Positions 1 through 10,338 of a stretch of 33,551 bases of DNA are shown piece after piece (the stretch's first letter is position 1; each line of letters opens with the position of its first letter). Location of the stretch: assembly GCA_031411295.1 (NCBI GenBank), contig JANOAV010000027.1, positions 1 to 33,551 of the forward strand, in the 5' to 3' direction. This DNA comes from Verrucomicrobiales bacterium. GTDB lineage: Bacteria > Verrucomicrobiota > Verrucomicrobiia > Verrucomicrobiales > V1-33. The notes under the pieces were generated by a model. That model was not told the DNA's origin. It ran no database searches and saw only the letters and a list, made by a program, of their open reading frames with translations. Position numbers and translations under genes: made by a program.

Positions 1-289
1 ACCAATAATCACCCGCGACCATTTGTGTGGCGCAAGAGAGAGGTCAAAGGCGCCCAGCTTAGAAATACAATTGTTAACTTGTGCAACTAAGCACTAGTGG
101 TCCGTGAAAAACTAGGCCTCAGCCAAAGCCAATTTGCCGCTCTCATCGGCATCAGCCCACACACCCTGCAAAACTGGGAGCAAGGCCACCGCCCCCCGAA
201 GGCACCGCCCGAGCCCTCCTTCGCATAACCGAACGCCACCCCGAGGCTGGGCTGGAAGCGCTACATGCGTAGCAGGTTCAGGAAATTTC

Positions 290-336
290 TTGCAAAGCAC
301 CCATGACTTCGTAAAGTGAAGTCAATTATGACTTCA
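290..336 (+). promoter_or_regulatory. Promoter and putative operator of the TA operon
   Basis: TTGCAA (290-295), 16 bp spacer, TAAAGT (312-317). Three alternating copies of TGACTTC/GAAGTCA (304-310, 318-324, 329-335) flank the -10 and overlap the ATG. Confidence 0.65.
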
Positions 337-570
337 AAAACCCTCACTCTTCGACTGCTTCCAGACATTTACCAGAGGGCGACCCATTTGGCTCAGCGAC
401 GCCATCTGAGCCTGAATCGCCTGTTTCAGGAGGGTTTGGAACTTCTTGTGGCCCAAGAACAAGCAAAGCAACTCTTTGACGACTTTTCTCTCATAGCCGA
501 GGCCGGAGCGGAGGAAACAGACATGGAATTTGCCCTCGCAACACAAACCCAAGCCACTCTCGAATCATGA
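328..570 (+). CDS. Type II antitoxin, ribbon-helix-helix-like
   Basis: Small ORF with KTLTLRL strand plus helices and an acidic C-terminus. Stop overlaps toxin start (ATGA). ATG 328 is preferred over GTG 316, which lies in the -10. Confidence 0.75.
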   Translation: MTSKTLTLRLLPDIYQRATHLAQRRHLSLNRLFQEGLELLVAQEQAKQLFDDFSLIAEAGAEETDMEFALATQTQATLES

Positions 571-923
571 ATCCCCCCACTGTCCGTCGGGGGCAGATTT
601 GGCTGGTCGATTGGTCACCGGGGCGGGGATCAGAGCAGCTGGGCCGCCGCCCCGCCATCGTCATCCAGACAGACGCAGCGAATACCAATCCCCGTTATCC
701 AAACACCATCGTGCTCACTCTCAGCACCAAAGGATTGAACGTCGCCACCCACGTCCGCATCGAGCCAGACCGCACCAACGGCCTCAAAGAATCCAGTTGG
801 GCCAAATGCGAACAAATCCTCACTATCTCCAAAGATCGCCTCACCACCCTCTGGGGCACCGTTTCCGCAGAAGACCTCCGCCGCATTGAGTCCGCCACCA
901 AAACCGCCTTGGCTTTGCCGTAG
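567..923 (+). CDS. mazF: PemK/MazF family endoribonuclease toxin
   Basis: RRGQIWLVDWSPGRGSEQLGRRPAIVIQ ... NGLKESSWAKCEQILTISKDRL are typical PemK/MazF motifs. Confidence 0.93.
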   Translation: MNPPTVRRGQIWLVDWSPGRGSEQLGRRPAIVIQTDAANTNPRYPNTIVLTLSTKGLNVATHVRIEPDRTNGLKESSWAKCEQILTISKDRLTTLWGTVSAEDLRRIESATKTALALP

Positions 924-1316
924 ATCGACTGTCAGATGACCCCGGAAACCTCTGCTGCTCGCGCGCTTGGCGATGGCTGGCACAGGGCTTGGAAGAATCC
1001 TCCCTGGCCAGCGGTGCCGTAGCCCACACTGTTAGCCGTGGAGGTAAATGGCGTATTGGGATGGGCCAAGGCTGTATTGAGGTAACCAGAACCCCAGCGC
1101 AGGGCTTCAAGCTTCTCCCAAGGCGAAAAGCGTAGCGATGCAGCAGCAAAACGGCTCTGGGCCTTGTCCGCCGGACCTTCCCCGGTGAAGAGGCCGTCCT
1201 CCAGGCGGTATGGTGACCGTAAATTTGCGGGCATGAAGCACAGCTTCCAGGCCCGGTCCCCGAATTGTTGTTTGAATTTCTGGTGTGCCATTAGATTCGT
1301 GAACTTTAGCCGCAAA

Positions 1317-2060
1317 TCAGATCCGGCTAGGACGCTTTCTGCGTAGGAATAAGGCACATCCGCAACTAGCGATCACGAGACTGGAACTTTCTGGAATGGG
1401 GAATGCCCCGTAGCCGTATTGGAAATGGTCAACGACGAAGCCCCCTCCGAACAGAGTTACCCGTTTGATCTGACGGTCAGAAATAAATCCAGCGAACAAA
1501 TCATTATCGGTGAATGTCGTTGTGGGGATGAGCCCTTGCTGGGCCACAAGAGATGTTAGATCTATCGTGGTGATGCTGTCATCCACGCCAAGGATTTCCA
1601 AACTGGCAGGGCGTAGATTACTACTCAGGAGGGAGACAAAGCCCACCCAACGAGGATATTCTCCATTGTCCATCGGCAAAAACTCGAATCGGAGGCCCTG
1701 AGCCACGAATTGTGCAGCGATCGAATGCCCTAAGCCTTGATAATCGAGTATCCCATCATCCGCATCCACAGAGAACCCAGGGTTCTCTTGATAATTCAGC
1801 ACCTGCACCCATGGAGATTCAGCGTTCTCGAAAGCATCATAGACCCCGTGGCCGCTGGGGATCGAGCCCGGTGGAGGTAAAATGGGGACCCCTCCAGCAT
1901 AGGTGTGCTCAGTATACAGCAACGCATCCCCAGCGGCCACACCGGCATACCACGGACTGTCCGAAAGGGAACGATACGGTGTGATTGGTGTGGCAATAAC
2001 CGCTGCGTTGATTACGGGAACCAAGGCCCAACCACAAAGAATGATGATGAGTGCCTTCAT
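1317..2060 (-). CDS. Secreted protein with PEP-CTERM-like sorting signal
   Basis: N-terminal signal peptide. C-terminal PIPESSS, hydrophobic helix, then RRKR. Confidence 0.8.
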   Translation of the reverse strand: MKALIIILCGWALVPVINAAVIATPITPYRSLSDSPWYAGVAAGDALLYTEHTYAGGVPILPPPGSIPSGHGVYDAFENAESPWVQVLNYQENPGFSVDADDGILDYQGLGHSIAAQFVAQGLRFEFLPMDNGEYPRWVGFVSLLSSNLRPASLEILGVDDSITTIDLTSLVAQQGLIPTTTFTDNDLFAGFISDRQIKRVTLFGGGFVVDHFQYGYGAFPIPESSSLVIASCGCALFLRRKRPSRI

Positions 2061-2361
2061 GAGTAGAATGGGTTATTGGGTTGATGGGAGCAGGACATCC
2101 AGCAGTGGCGAGAAGATCAAGGTATCCTCCGTGGCCGTGGCTGGCTGTCCTCCGTCATTAGCTGCTCTTGGGGAGTGAATCTAATTACTCAATCTTGTTG
2201 ATCAATAACAGAATATCTCCTCACTCGCAATGTTTATTTGGCACCCGTTAGGACCAGCGCACTGGAACGCGTTTCTGCGATGGGGAGAAACTTGCCGGGC
2301 AGCAGCCCTTGGCTTGTGGATGGACACGTTCAGGTAGTTGCCGTGCGCCTGCTGTCGCTCC

Positions 2362-4272
2362 ATGTTCCGGCCTTCCCTCCTGCTTATGTCTCGTATTCGA
2401 TTTACCATTTTCCTTTTCAGTCTAACATCCGCGCCTGCTTGGTCGGATGAGTTGGCGGCTTTGCAAAATTTCGGGGGGCAGATTAAGCCGCTGGTGCAGC
2501 AATATTGTGTGAAGTGCCATGGGGGCGAGCAAACGAAGGGGGATGTGAATCTCAAGGAGTATGAACGGGTGGGGCAGACATTGAAGGATGTGAAGTTGTG
2601 GAAAAATGCGCTCAAGCAATTGGAATCTGGTGACATGCCACCAGACGACGCTCCCCAGCCCTCCGCAGCTGAGAAAGCCTCGCTTACGGGCTGGGTGAAA
2701 ATGATGGTGACGAGTGTGGAGAGCGGCAAGTTAGGGCAGGATCCGGGACGCACTACCTTGCGGCGGTTGAATCGGAATGAATACAATAACACGATCCAGG
2801 ATCTCTTCGGGCTGAAGCTGCGCCCGGCGGATGCGTTTCCGGCGGATGGTTCCGGCGGAGCGGGTTTTGATAACAATGCGGACACGTTGTTCCTGCCCAC
2901 GGTCTTGATGGAAAAGGTGTTCGATGCCTCGGGTCAGATCATGGATGCGGTCTTCGCCAGTGAGCCGCTGCGGAATCGGGTGGTGACGGTGAAACCGCCC
3001 AAGGACCAACCCGCCGAACCGGCCGCCAAGGCTGTCCTCAGCCTCTGGGTGCCCCGCATTTTTCGTCGCAAGGTGGCGGATGCGGAGATCGCGCCCTACC
3101 TGGCGTTATGGAACAAGGCCTCTAAGGAGGGAGCCTCCTATGAGGACGCGCTGAAGACGGTGTTTAAGAGTCTGTTGGTGTCGCCTAATTTCATTTTCCG
3201 GCTGGAGGCGGATCAATCCCAACCCGGGCCATATAAAGTTAGTGATTTCGAGTTGGCGAGCCGCTTGAGCTACTTCCTGTGGTCATCAATGCCGGATCTG
3301 GAGTTGCTGGGGCTGGCGGCCCGCGGGGAATTGTCCAAGCCGGAGATCTACGCTGGGCAGGTGCGGCGGTTGCTGAAGGATCCGCGCAGTAAGAGCTTTA
3401 GCCGGGAGTTTTCCAGTCAGTGGTTGGGGTTCGATCGGCTGCGCAGTGTGGCGAATCCTGACAAGACGCGGTTTCCTGAGTTCACGCAAAGCTTGCGCGT
3501 GGCGATGTTTCAAGAAAGTGTGGAGTTTTTCCACAGCATCCTCCAGGAGAACCAAAGTTTGCTGCGGTTGATCGACGCGGATTACACTTACCTGAATGAA
3601 GAACTGGCGCGACACTACGGGATTTCCGGAGTGACGGGCCCGGCGTTGCAACGGGTGGTGCTGAAGGACAAAAATCGTGGTGGCTTACTGGGGCAGGGGA
3701 GTGTGCTGACGGCTACGTCGCTACCGCTGCGGACCAGTCCGGTCCTGCGTGGGAAATGGGTGTTGGAAGAACTGCTAGGCACCCCGCCGCCACCGCCGCC
3801 ACAGAATGCGGGCACGTTGCCCGCAGACGACCGCCAGCCGGACGGGCTGTCGTTTCGCCAACGCTTGGAGGCCCATCGGCAGAAGGCCAGTTGTTCTGGC
3901 TGCCATGCCAAACTGGACCCACCCGGGTTCGGCTTGGAAAACTTCGATCCCATTGGCCGCTGGCGCACGGAAGTCGCAGGCAAACCCGTCGATTCCGGCG
4001 GCAAGCTCACCACCGGGGAATCATTCTCCACCCCGGCCGAACTGAAGACCGTCCTGCTGAAGAAACGCGATCTGGTGGTGCGCAATCTCGTAGAGCGCAC
4101 TCTGGCCTATGCGCTGGGGCGGGGCTTGGAATTCTATGACGCTGCCACGGTGCAACAGATTACGACGAAGCTGCTGGCAAACGATTGCAAGGCGGAAATG
4201 CTAGTGATGGAGGTAGCGCAGAGTTATCCGTTCCAATATCGACGCAATGCTCCGACGGTGAAATTGGATTGA
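2362..4272 (+). CDS. PVC-type cytochrome c domain protein (DUF1587/DUF1595/DUF1592/DUF1588/DUF1585 architecture)
   Basis: CVKCH and CSGCH heme motifs, LRRLNRNEYNNTIQDL, ELASRLSYFLWSSMPD, TSPVLRGKWVLE, GFGLENFDPIGRWR. Start uncertain (2362 or 2386). Confidence 0.9.
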   Translation: MFRPSLLLMSRIRFTIFLFSLTSAPAWSDELAALQNFGGQIKPLVQQYCVKCHGGEQTKGDVNLKEYERVGQTLKDVKLWKNALKQLESGDMPPDDAPQPSAAEKASLTGWVKMMVTSVESGKLGQDPGRTTLRRLNRNEYNNTIQDLFGLKLRPADAFPADGSGGAGFDNNADTLFLPTVLMEKVFDASGQIMDAVFASEPLRNRVVTVKPPKDQPAEPAAKAVLSLWVPRIFRRKVADAEIAPYLALWNKASKEGASYEDALKTVFKSLLVSPNFIFRLEADQSQPGPYKVSDFELASRLSYFLWSSMPDLELLGLAARGELSKPEIYAGQVRRLLKDPRSKSFSREFSSQWLGFDRLRSVANPDKTRFPEFTQSLRVAMFQESVEFFHSILQENQSLLRLIDADYTYLNEELARHYGISGVTGPALQRVVLKDKNRGGLLGQGSVLTATSLPLRTSPVLRGKWVLEELLGTPPPPPPQNAGTLPADDRQPDGLSFRQRLEAHRQKASCSGCHAKLDPPGFGLENFDPIGRWRTEVAGKPVDSGGKLTTGESFSTPAELKTVLLKKRDLVVRNLVERTLAYALGRGLEFYDAATVQQITTKLLANDCKAEMLVMEVAQSYPFQYRRNAPTVKLD

Positions 4273-4406
4273 TGTTGGCAACTCAACGTTGGTGTTCGGT
4301 GGGGTCTAACCTAGCGGAATCGGTAACATTTGGGGCAGCCCACGTGACGGGTCTTCCCTTTTTATGAAGCAGTCCAGCGGACTGCTTCCACATTCGCTCC
4401 GAGTGA

Positions 4407-5498
4407 TTACAGACCCAACAACTGACGCTGCCAATTGAGGAGATATTCGCCAGCGGTCTCCGGTTGCACGGATATGAAGTCGAGGGCGGCACGGCTGGCG
4501 ACGAGGGCAGGGTCCAAGTCCAATTCGGTGGCGATCTTGTCCCGCTTATTCTTGAGTTCTTCGAATTGTTTCTCCGCCTCGCCCGAACGATCCAAGCGCT
4601 TGCCGAACTTGCGTTTGGGCCACTGCTCTGGCGTGAGGGCTTTGGCATCCCGCACGGCGTTGTGGAACCGCCGCGCAGCGGACATGGGGAAGCGGGGAGG
4701 TAACTGCGCTTCGTTTCCAGCCTGCAGGGTTTCGGCAAAGCCGATGATTTCCAGATTGCCGATGACTTTGAAGGACGGACGGTCCAACCGCTCCGCTTCC
4801 TTGTCCCGCCAATGCCACATTGCCCGTAGGAAGGCCATGCCAAGAGGTTTTAATTTGCCGGAACCATTGATGCGCCATTGGTTCTCCAGATCTGGTGGCG
4901 GGCGGTCCGTGACCGTCTTGCGCGCATTCTCGCAGGATTCAACGAACCAATCATAGCGCCCCAGAGAACGCAGTTTGGCGGTGTAATGATCCGCCAAGGG
5001 CAAAATGTAGCGCACGTCGTTGAGCGCATATTCGATCATCTTGTCCAACAAGGGCCGCCTTCCCCAATTGGCCCGTTGGGATTGCTTGGAAAGGACGACC
5101 CCGAAGACTTCCTCCACCAGGTTGGCGAGGCCAAATTGCTTAGTGCCGCTGAGGCGGGCGGCGGTTTGGGTATCGAAGATGCGCGGCGGGATGACATCGA
5201 ACGTGCGCTTGAGCATCGTCATATCGAAATCCGCCCCATGCATCCAGACTTCACAGGTGCTCATGAAGTCATTCAAGGGCACCAAATCCTGGCCTCGGAT
5301 GGCCAATGGATCAATGATGGCGTGGAAATCTCCCGCACTGAATTGCACCAGACAGAGCTTCTCCTTGTAGGAGTGCAGGCTGTCCGCCTCGGTATCCACC
5401 GCACATCGCAAGCGTCCCTCGGCAGGGATGCTGGCCAGGAACGGTGGGAGCGCTTCTGGCTGGTCGATGTAGAAATTATTCTCCGGCAGTTCGGACAC
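4407..5498 (-). CDS. rnd: Ribonuclease D (3'-5' exonuclease plus HRDC)
   Basis: AVDTEADS, MHGADFD, IFDTQTAA, YALNDV exonuclease motifs; WRDKEAERLDRPSFKV HRDC segment. Confidence 0.9.
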   Translation of the reverse strand: MSELPENNFYIDQPEALPPFLASIPAEGRLRCAVDTEADSLHSYKEKLCLVQFSAGDFHAIIDPLAIRGQDLVPLNDFMSTCEVWMHGADFDMTMLKRTFDVIPPRIFDTQTAARLSGTKQFGLANLVEEVFGVVLSKQSQRANWGRRPLLDKMIEYALNDVRYILPLADHYTAKLRSLGRYDWFVESCENARKTVTDRPPPDLENQWRINGSGKLKPLGMAFLRAMWHWRDKEAERLDRPSFKVIGNLEIIGFAETLQAGNEAQLPPRFPMSAARRFHNAVRDAKALTPEQWPKRKFGKRLDRSGEAEKQFEELKNKRDKIATELDLDPALVASRAALDFISVQPETAGEYLLNWQRQLLGL

Positions 5499-5741
5499 GA
5501 TGGGATGATTTTCCTGATTTAGGGCTGGAATGTGGGTGGATGGCCAATCGAATGGAAAATCCCCCGCTTGGCAAGCCCAAGGCGCGATTTTTTTCGCGTT
5601 GCCGCCCTGAGGCTGACATTTAATATGTTGGGAGGCATCAAGGAATGACGCGATTTCCCAACACCTCTAGAAACATAAGGATAATATTAATTTTCCAGAT
5701 TTAGAGACACGCCGAGAAATAAATGGTTTGTCACAATTAAA

Positions 5742-5770
5742 TTGCAGCCGAACTGGTCTCGCGATACTTT
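5742..5770 (+). promoter_or_regulatory. Putative sigma70 promoter
   Basis: TTGCAG, 17 bp spacer, TACTTT, ending 8 nt before ATG 5779. Confidence 0.45.
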
Positions 5771-5778
5771 CCATTATC

Positions 5779-6540
5779 ATGAATGCTACTCCTAAATTCT
5801 CCTTCCTTTCCGCCTTCATCCTGTTGCCAGCAATGGCCCAAGCGCAAAAACAATCTGGGGGGGCACAGCTTTCACCGGGTCCTGCTCCAGAGGCTGGATG
5901 GACGCTCTCCGCTGGAGCCAAGGCGGGGCGGGCAAATGCAAATTTTTCGGCCATTAAAACGACAGAAGTCGAACCAGACGGTGGGGATTCCTTCGTCGGG
6001 GGATATCTTGAACTAAGTCGCGAGTTGACCCGGCTTGGCGGGCTGCGCGTCAGCCTGTTTGGGTCCTACGGATTCGGCCGCGTTTCCTTTGCGACTGGTC
6101 AGCAGTTGATTGGGGAGTTCGATATCCCAGGCGACGAAATTTACACGCTCGTGGAGGACAAGGTGGAGGCAGATCTGCATCAGATTGAGTTGGGGCTGGA
6201 CCTGTCGGCGGATTTGGGTGGTGGATTCGAGTTCGGATTGGCTGCCGGACCGACGCTGACGGTGGTGAATGCAGACTGGGAAGGGACCACGGAAGGTTTC
6301 CGTGAGAGCACCCTGGGGTTCTATAACGGCGGCAGCAATAACGCCTCCAAGACGGACGTGGTCTTCGGAGCTGCGGCCGAACTCCGCCTGCGCTACAATT
6401 TTCCGGGGGATAGAGTGTTCCTCCAAGTGGGAGCAGGCTATGCTTGGGCCATGGATGCCGATGTTTCCCACGCGGGGGTGAAGGCAGAGATTGATCCCAG
6501 CACTTGGACCGTTTCCGCAGGTTTGGGTTTCCGGTTCTAA
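5779..6540 (+). CDS. Outer-membrane beta-barrel protein
   Basis: Signal peptide (AMAQA), alternating amphipathic strands, C-terminal VSAGLGFRF ending in Phe. Confidence 0.8.
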   Translation: MNATPKFSFLSAFILLPAMAQAQKQSGGAQLSPGPAPEAGWTLSAGAKAGRANANFSAIKTTEVEPDGGDSFVGGYLELSRELTRLGGLRVSLFGSYGFGRVSFATGQQLIGEFDIPGDEIYTLVEDKVEADLHQIELGLDLSADLGGGFEFGLAAGPTLTVVNADWEGTTEGFRESTLGFYNGGSNNASKTDVVFGAAAELRLRYNFPGDRVFLQVGAGYAWAMDADVSHAGVKAEIDPSTWTVSAGLGFRF

Positions 6541-6552
6541 CGCTGCGAGGAT

Positions 6553-7869
6553 TTATTTGGCCAGATCCACTTTGACCTGGGCGCGCTCAAAGTCTTCCAC
6601 TCCCAGCAGGGGCTGGGAAACATGGCCGAAGAGACGGGCGATCCAGCCGTCGGGCACGATTTCCAATCGCGTGTTGTAAGCCGTAGCGATATCATTGAAA
6701 TACGCTCTAGCCAAAGCGATGCGTTGCTCGGTGTCCACGAGTTGGGCCTGAAGCTGAGCAAATCCCTGATGGGCAATAAGTTCTGGATATCGTTCACCCA
6801 GGGTGACGATGGTATTGGCCAGCCCATGATGCCGGGATGCGCTGGAAAGGCCCGCGCCTGCTGCGGTTTCTGCGCGGAGGGCCGCCAGACCGGTCTGGAC
6901 GTCGGCTTCATAGCTACGCAGGCCCTCCACGGCGGCCACTAGGCTGGGGATCAGATCGAAGCGGCGTTTCAACTGCACCTCCAGCGAGGACCAGCCTTGG
7001 CGCATTCGATTCCGCACGTCCACCAACATGTTAAACACCAGGATGAACCACGTCGCAAACCACAGTCCGAGATAAATGCCTACGCCGATCAACGCCTGCG
7101 GCCACCAGGGATTGGGTGGGCGCTGTCCCGGGCTCAGGACCGTGGCGATGAGCACGGCCGCCCCGCCAGCCAGCGCCAGGCCCAGCACGTTCAGCCCGTG
7201 GAGCGAGTATCCCATCCGACGAAGCACCTGCTCCTCGGTTTCCACCGTGAGCAAGTAGAGCGGGGTGGCCTTCTCATGCGCCAATTCGGGTGCCACCAGG
7301 TCCTCCCGTTCCCGGGCTTGGCCAACGACAAACAAGGGGTGATGCAAGGGAATCCCCGTTTCCACGAACCTGCGCACGAAGGTGGAGTCCATGACGGCTC
7401 CGCCGGGGCCTTTCCCATAATAGAGTGGTTGGAGAGGGGTGCAGGTTTCCGAAAATAGCGTTTTGGGGTGGATGTCGGCCCCTTCCGGACGCACCAGCAC
7501 GACTCCGGTATCGTCCTGCAGGTAAAAAGGAGTCTCTTCTCCTCCGGAGGAAATTGTGTTCCAGCCGCTCTCAATCCGAGTTCTGGTCTGCGTGCGACCC
7601 TCGTCATCGGTGTATTCCTCCTCCACTTCCCGCCGCCATTCCTCTTCGACGTGGTAGGAATAGAGCACGCAAATTTCCTCCGCCAGGAAGGATTGCAGCG
7701 GCTGCTCAATCTCCGCGGTGCCTTTGAGTTCCACGAGGCCGATGAAGATGCCCTGCGTCTTCGAAGTCGGCAGGTTACCGATGAGCCGGCGGCGTTGGTT
7801 GGTGCGATGGCTTCCCCACAAGCAGAGCAGTGCGAGCAGGGGCAGCAGGATGGAAAAGAAGATTGGCAT
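6553..7869 (-). CDS. GIDE-like domain plus LemA fusion membrane protein
   Basis: N-terminal LPTSK..GLVELKG..PFYLQDDTGVVLVRPEGA (GIDE-like), two TM helices, then LemA motifs LEVQLKRRFDLIPSLV, ERYPEL, TEQRIALARAYFND. Confidence 0.85.
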   Translation of the reverse strand: MPIFFSILLPLLALLCLWGSHRTNQRRRLIGNLPTSKTQGIFIGLVELKGTAEIEQPLQSFLAEEICVLYSYHVEEEWRREVEEEYTDDEGRTQTRTRIESGWNTISSGGEETPFYLQDDTGVVLVRPEGADIHPKTLFSETCTPLQPLYYGKGPGGAVMDSTFVRRFVETGIPLHHPLFVVGQAREREDLVAPELAHEKATPLYLLTVETEEQVLRRMGYSLHGLNVLGLALAGGAAVLIATVLSPGQRPPNPWWPQALIGVGIYLGLWFATWFILVFNMLVDVRNRMRQGWSSLEVQLKRRFDLIPSLVAAVEGLRSYEADVQTGLAALRAETAAGAGLSSASRHHGLANTIVTLGERYPELIAHQGFAQLQAQLVDTEQRIALARAYFNDIATAYNTRLEIVPDGWIARLFGHVSQPLLGVEDFERAQVKVDLAK

Positions 7870-7887
7870 GACGTGCGGTGCTATAGC

Positions 7888-8403
7888 TCAATCTCCCCCG
7901 CCAGCCCATAAACTGCGTGGTTGCAGGAACTTCACCAAGCGAGCGCACCCGGGCCCTGCCTCCGCCCAGGTTTGGACGTCCAGCTCCAGCATCGCCACCC
8001 CGCAGGTGACGAACCCGGTGATGGCCCGCGCTCCGACGAGAAGGTTGGCTAGATTTTCCATGCCTGGATTATGGCCGATGAGGCAGAGCTGGGACACGCT
8101 GTCGGGCACGCTGTGGATTACCTCCAGAATGGCGTCGCTGGTGGCTTCGTAAATTTCGGGTTTTTGTTGGATCAGCAGACTATCGTAATCTGCCGCCTCC
8201 AGCAGCAGTCTGGCGGTGCTGAGGGCGCGGGTGGCCGGGCTGCAAATGACGCTGTCCGGCTTCCATTGGAGCGCGGATCGGAGATAGCGGCCCATTTGGG
8301 GAGCGTCCACATAGCCACGCTCATTCAATGAGCGATAAAAATCCCGCTGCCCGGGCTGATCATGGCTGGATTTGGCGTGGCGAATAAGCGTTAGCTGGCG
8401 CAT
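7888..8403 (-). CDS. sixA: SixA-like histidine phosphatase
   Basis: LIRHAKS, DFYRSLNERG, CSPATRA, IGHNPG motifs. Confidence 0.88.
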   Translation of the reverse strand: MRQLTLIRHAKSSHDQPGQRDFYRSLNERGYVDAPQMGRYLRSALQWKPDSVICSPATRALSTARLLLEAADYDSLLIQQKPEIYEATSDAILEVIHSVPDSVSQLCLIGHNPGMENLANLLVGARAITGFVTCGVAMLELDVQTWAEAGPGCARLVKFLQPRSLWAGGGD

Positions 8404-8415
8404 GGCATGAGTTCT

Positions 8416-10338
8416 CTATTCCCGAGGCAGAAGCCACCCGTCGTGGAATGATTCGATCGTGACTTGGGGCACAAGATTCTTGCGACTGCTGGCATCCGGC
8501 CGGAATCGCAGGCGCACCGTGGCATTCAGACTGTCCACTCCATTCTCTGCCGCCCGACGCATGGGCTGGATCATGGCCGTGGCCGCATCCGAGTTCAGCT
8601 CCACATAGCCAAAGCAATACCCATATTGCTCCTGAACCGTGCCGGGATAGTTGAGTTTGAAGCACACCCAGCGGTTTTCGTCATCATAGGGCGCATTGGG
8701 GTAGGAGTCTCGCTTGAGGACCACCCGAAACTCACAGGAGCGCTCCCCCTGCTGGGCCAGGAAATTGTCCCACGTCTGTTCCGACCAGTAAACCATGCTT
8801 TCCCAGTCGATGCGCAAATCCTCTGCCAAGATGCCGACCGTGGCCTCATCCGGCACTTCCAGCGCCACGGAACGGGGACGTTCTCCCGACAATTGCAGCA
8901 GTCCAATGATGAACTCCACTCCCTCCACGTTGCTCACTTGCGCCTCGCTGAAGGATTCCACCCGGAAATGGGGATAAGGGCGGTGATACCAATTCTCCAT
9001 GCGGGGCTTGGTGATTTCGGGATGGCGCACGTAGCGTGCCATTTCGTCGATGGTCTTGGCGTCGTAGAACTTGGCTAGCACCCCCTGCGCCACGCGGACA
9101 ATTTCAGCTTCGTTCTTGTCATTGCGCACCGAATTGGTCGCCACCGGAAGGTCAGTCTTCTTGCGGAATACTTCCTTCATCCCCCAGATCAGCAGACCCA
9201 GAAATATGGGGATCATGACCAGCCAGCCAATAATAACATAGCGGCGGGAAACGGGCGGCTTATCCTCGGCCTGCCCCCACGCTTCGGTAATTTCCAGGTC
9301 CGTCTCCATCTCCTTCTGCGGAGAGAAATTCCGGCGTTGGTTATTGAGGCGCACCGCTCCCTTGGCTACTTTCGCCTCGCGTGGTGCCACCACTCCTGCG
9401 CTCTGGGGCGCTGGAGGTGTCACCTGCGGTGTGGGCTCGGCGGCCCGTTTCCCGCCCACGGTGCGGGCGGTGGAAATGCGTTCACTGGGCAGGGTGACGG
9501 GTGACCCATTCATCGATTCATCTGCCCTGGCGGGCACGGGTTCTAGGGTTTTACCCCGCTGCGGAAGGGGGGCCGTTTCTCCGGCGGGGGTCGTCAGCGA
9601 TTCTTTTGGCAGCGGTGCCATCCTCCGGGTGCGACCGCCTGCCTGCCCTTCTTTCAGCGTGACGTCCTCCACGCGACGGGACGTGGGCAGCACCGCCTTG
9701 GGCAGCAAGGAAACGGGCTCGTCATCGGTGGATTCCGCGATTTGCGCGGGCAGCCCCAATTCTGGGCGCGGGCTGATGACTTCGGAGCTGCATCCCTCAC
9801 AGCTCAGCATCATCCCGGCATCTTTCTTGGCCACCCACATCGGACGGCGGCAGAGGGGACACCCGAAGGTGATCATGCCCTTGCGTTGAAATTTCGCCAA
9901 ATCGTAATCCACGTTTCCCGCCATGGCGGCCAGACGCCGGGTCTCTTCCTCTCGGCTCTTCTCCTTGGACGGGAGGATCGTCTCGTGTTCTGGTTTGAGT
10001 TCCAGATCTACCCGCTCTGCCAAGGCCACATGCTTGTGGATGGGAAAATTTTTCGGTTCTGGGGTCGGCTCCGGCTGCGGTTCCGTCACCAACTCCAGCG
10101 GCAAGGTGCGTTGTGGCGGCTCCTTCTTGGCCGACTTACTTTTGGGCACGATAGGCTTTAAGGCAATGGTCCGCTTGCCAGCCACCGCCAGTTTTGGCAG
10201 CAACACCCGTTCCTCGCAATGCGGACATGGCACCTCCCGACCTGCAGTATCTTCATCGAGAAGGATATCTTGCAGGCAGTGAGGACAGGGAAAATCCGCA
10301 GCAGATGAGTCAGGCATGAGAGGGGAGGGCAAATCCAT
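8416..10338 (-). CDS. Zinc-ribbon-containing single-pass membrane protein of unknown function
   Basis: CPHC..CPHC and CPLC..CEGC pairs, Pro-rich linker, one TM helix, folded C-terminal domain. Start moved to ATG 10338 (10317 also possible) because the longer ORF overlaps gdhA. Confidence 0.75.
   Translation of the reverse strand: MDLPSPLMPDSSAADFPCPHCLQDILLDEDTAGREVPCPHCEERVLLPKLAVAGKRTIALKPIVPKSKSAKKEPPQRTLPLELVTEPQPEPTPEPKNFPIHKHVALAERVDLELKPEHETILPSKEKSREEETRRLAAMAGNVDYDLAKFQRKGMITFGCPLCRRPMWVAKKDAGMMLSCEGCSSEVISPRPELGLPAQIAESTDDEPVSLLPKAVLPTSRRVEDVTLKEGQAGGRTRRMAPLPKESLTTPAGETAPLPQRGKTLEPVPARADESMNGSPVTLPSERISTARTVGGKRAAEPTPQVTPPAPQSAGVVAPREAKVAKGAVRLNNQRRNFSPQKEMETDLEITEAWGQAEDKPPVSRRYVIIGWLVMIPIFLGLLIWGMKEVFRKKTDLPVATNSVRNDKNEAEIVRVAQGVLAKFYDAKTIDEMARYVRHPEITKPRMENWYHRPYPHFRVESFSEAQVSNVEGVEFIIGLLQLSGERPRSVALEVPDEATVGILAEDLRIDWESMVYWSEQTWDNFLAQQGERSCEFRVVLKRDSYPNAPYDDENRWVCFKLNYPGTVQEQYGYCFGYVELNSDAATAMIQPMRRAAENGVDSLNATVRLRFRPDASSRKNLVPQVTIESFHDGWLLPRE

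Noticed and set aside
932..1357. 141-aa minus-strand ORF
   Set aside because: Overlaps the PEP-CTERM gene end and has no recognisable motif; possibly a decayed fragment.
2202..2900. 232-aa ORF antisense to the cytochrome-domain gene
   Set aside because: Shadow ORF of a GC-rich coding strand.
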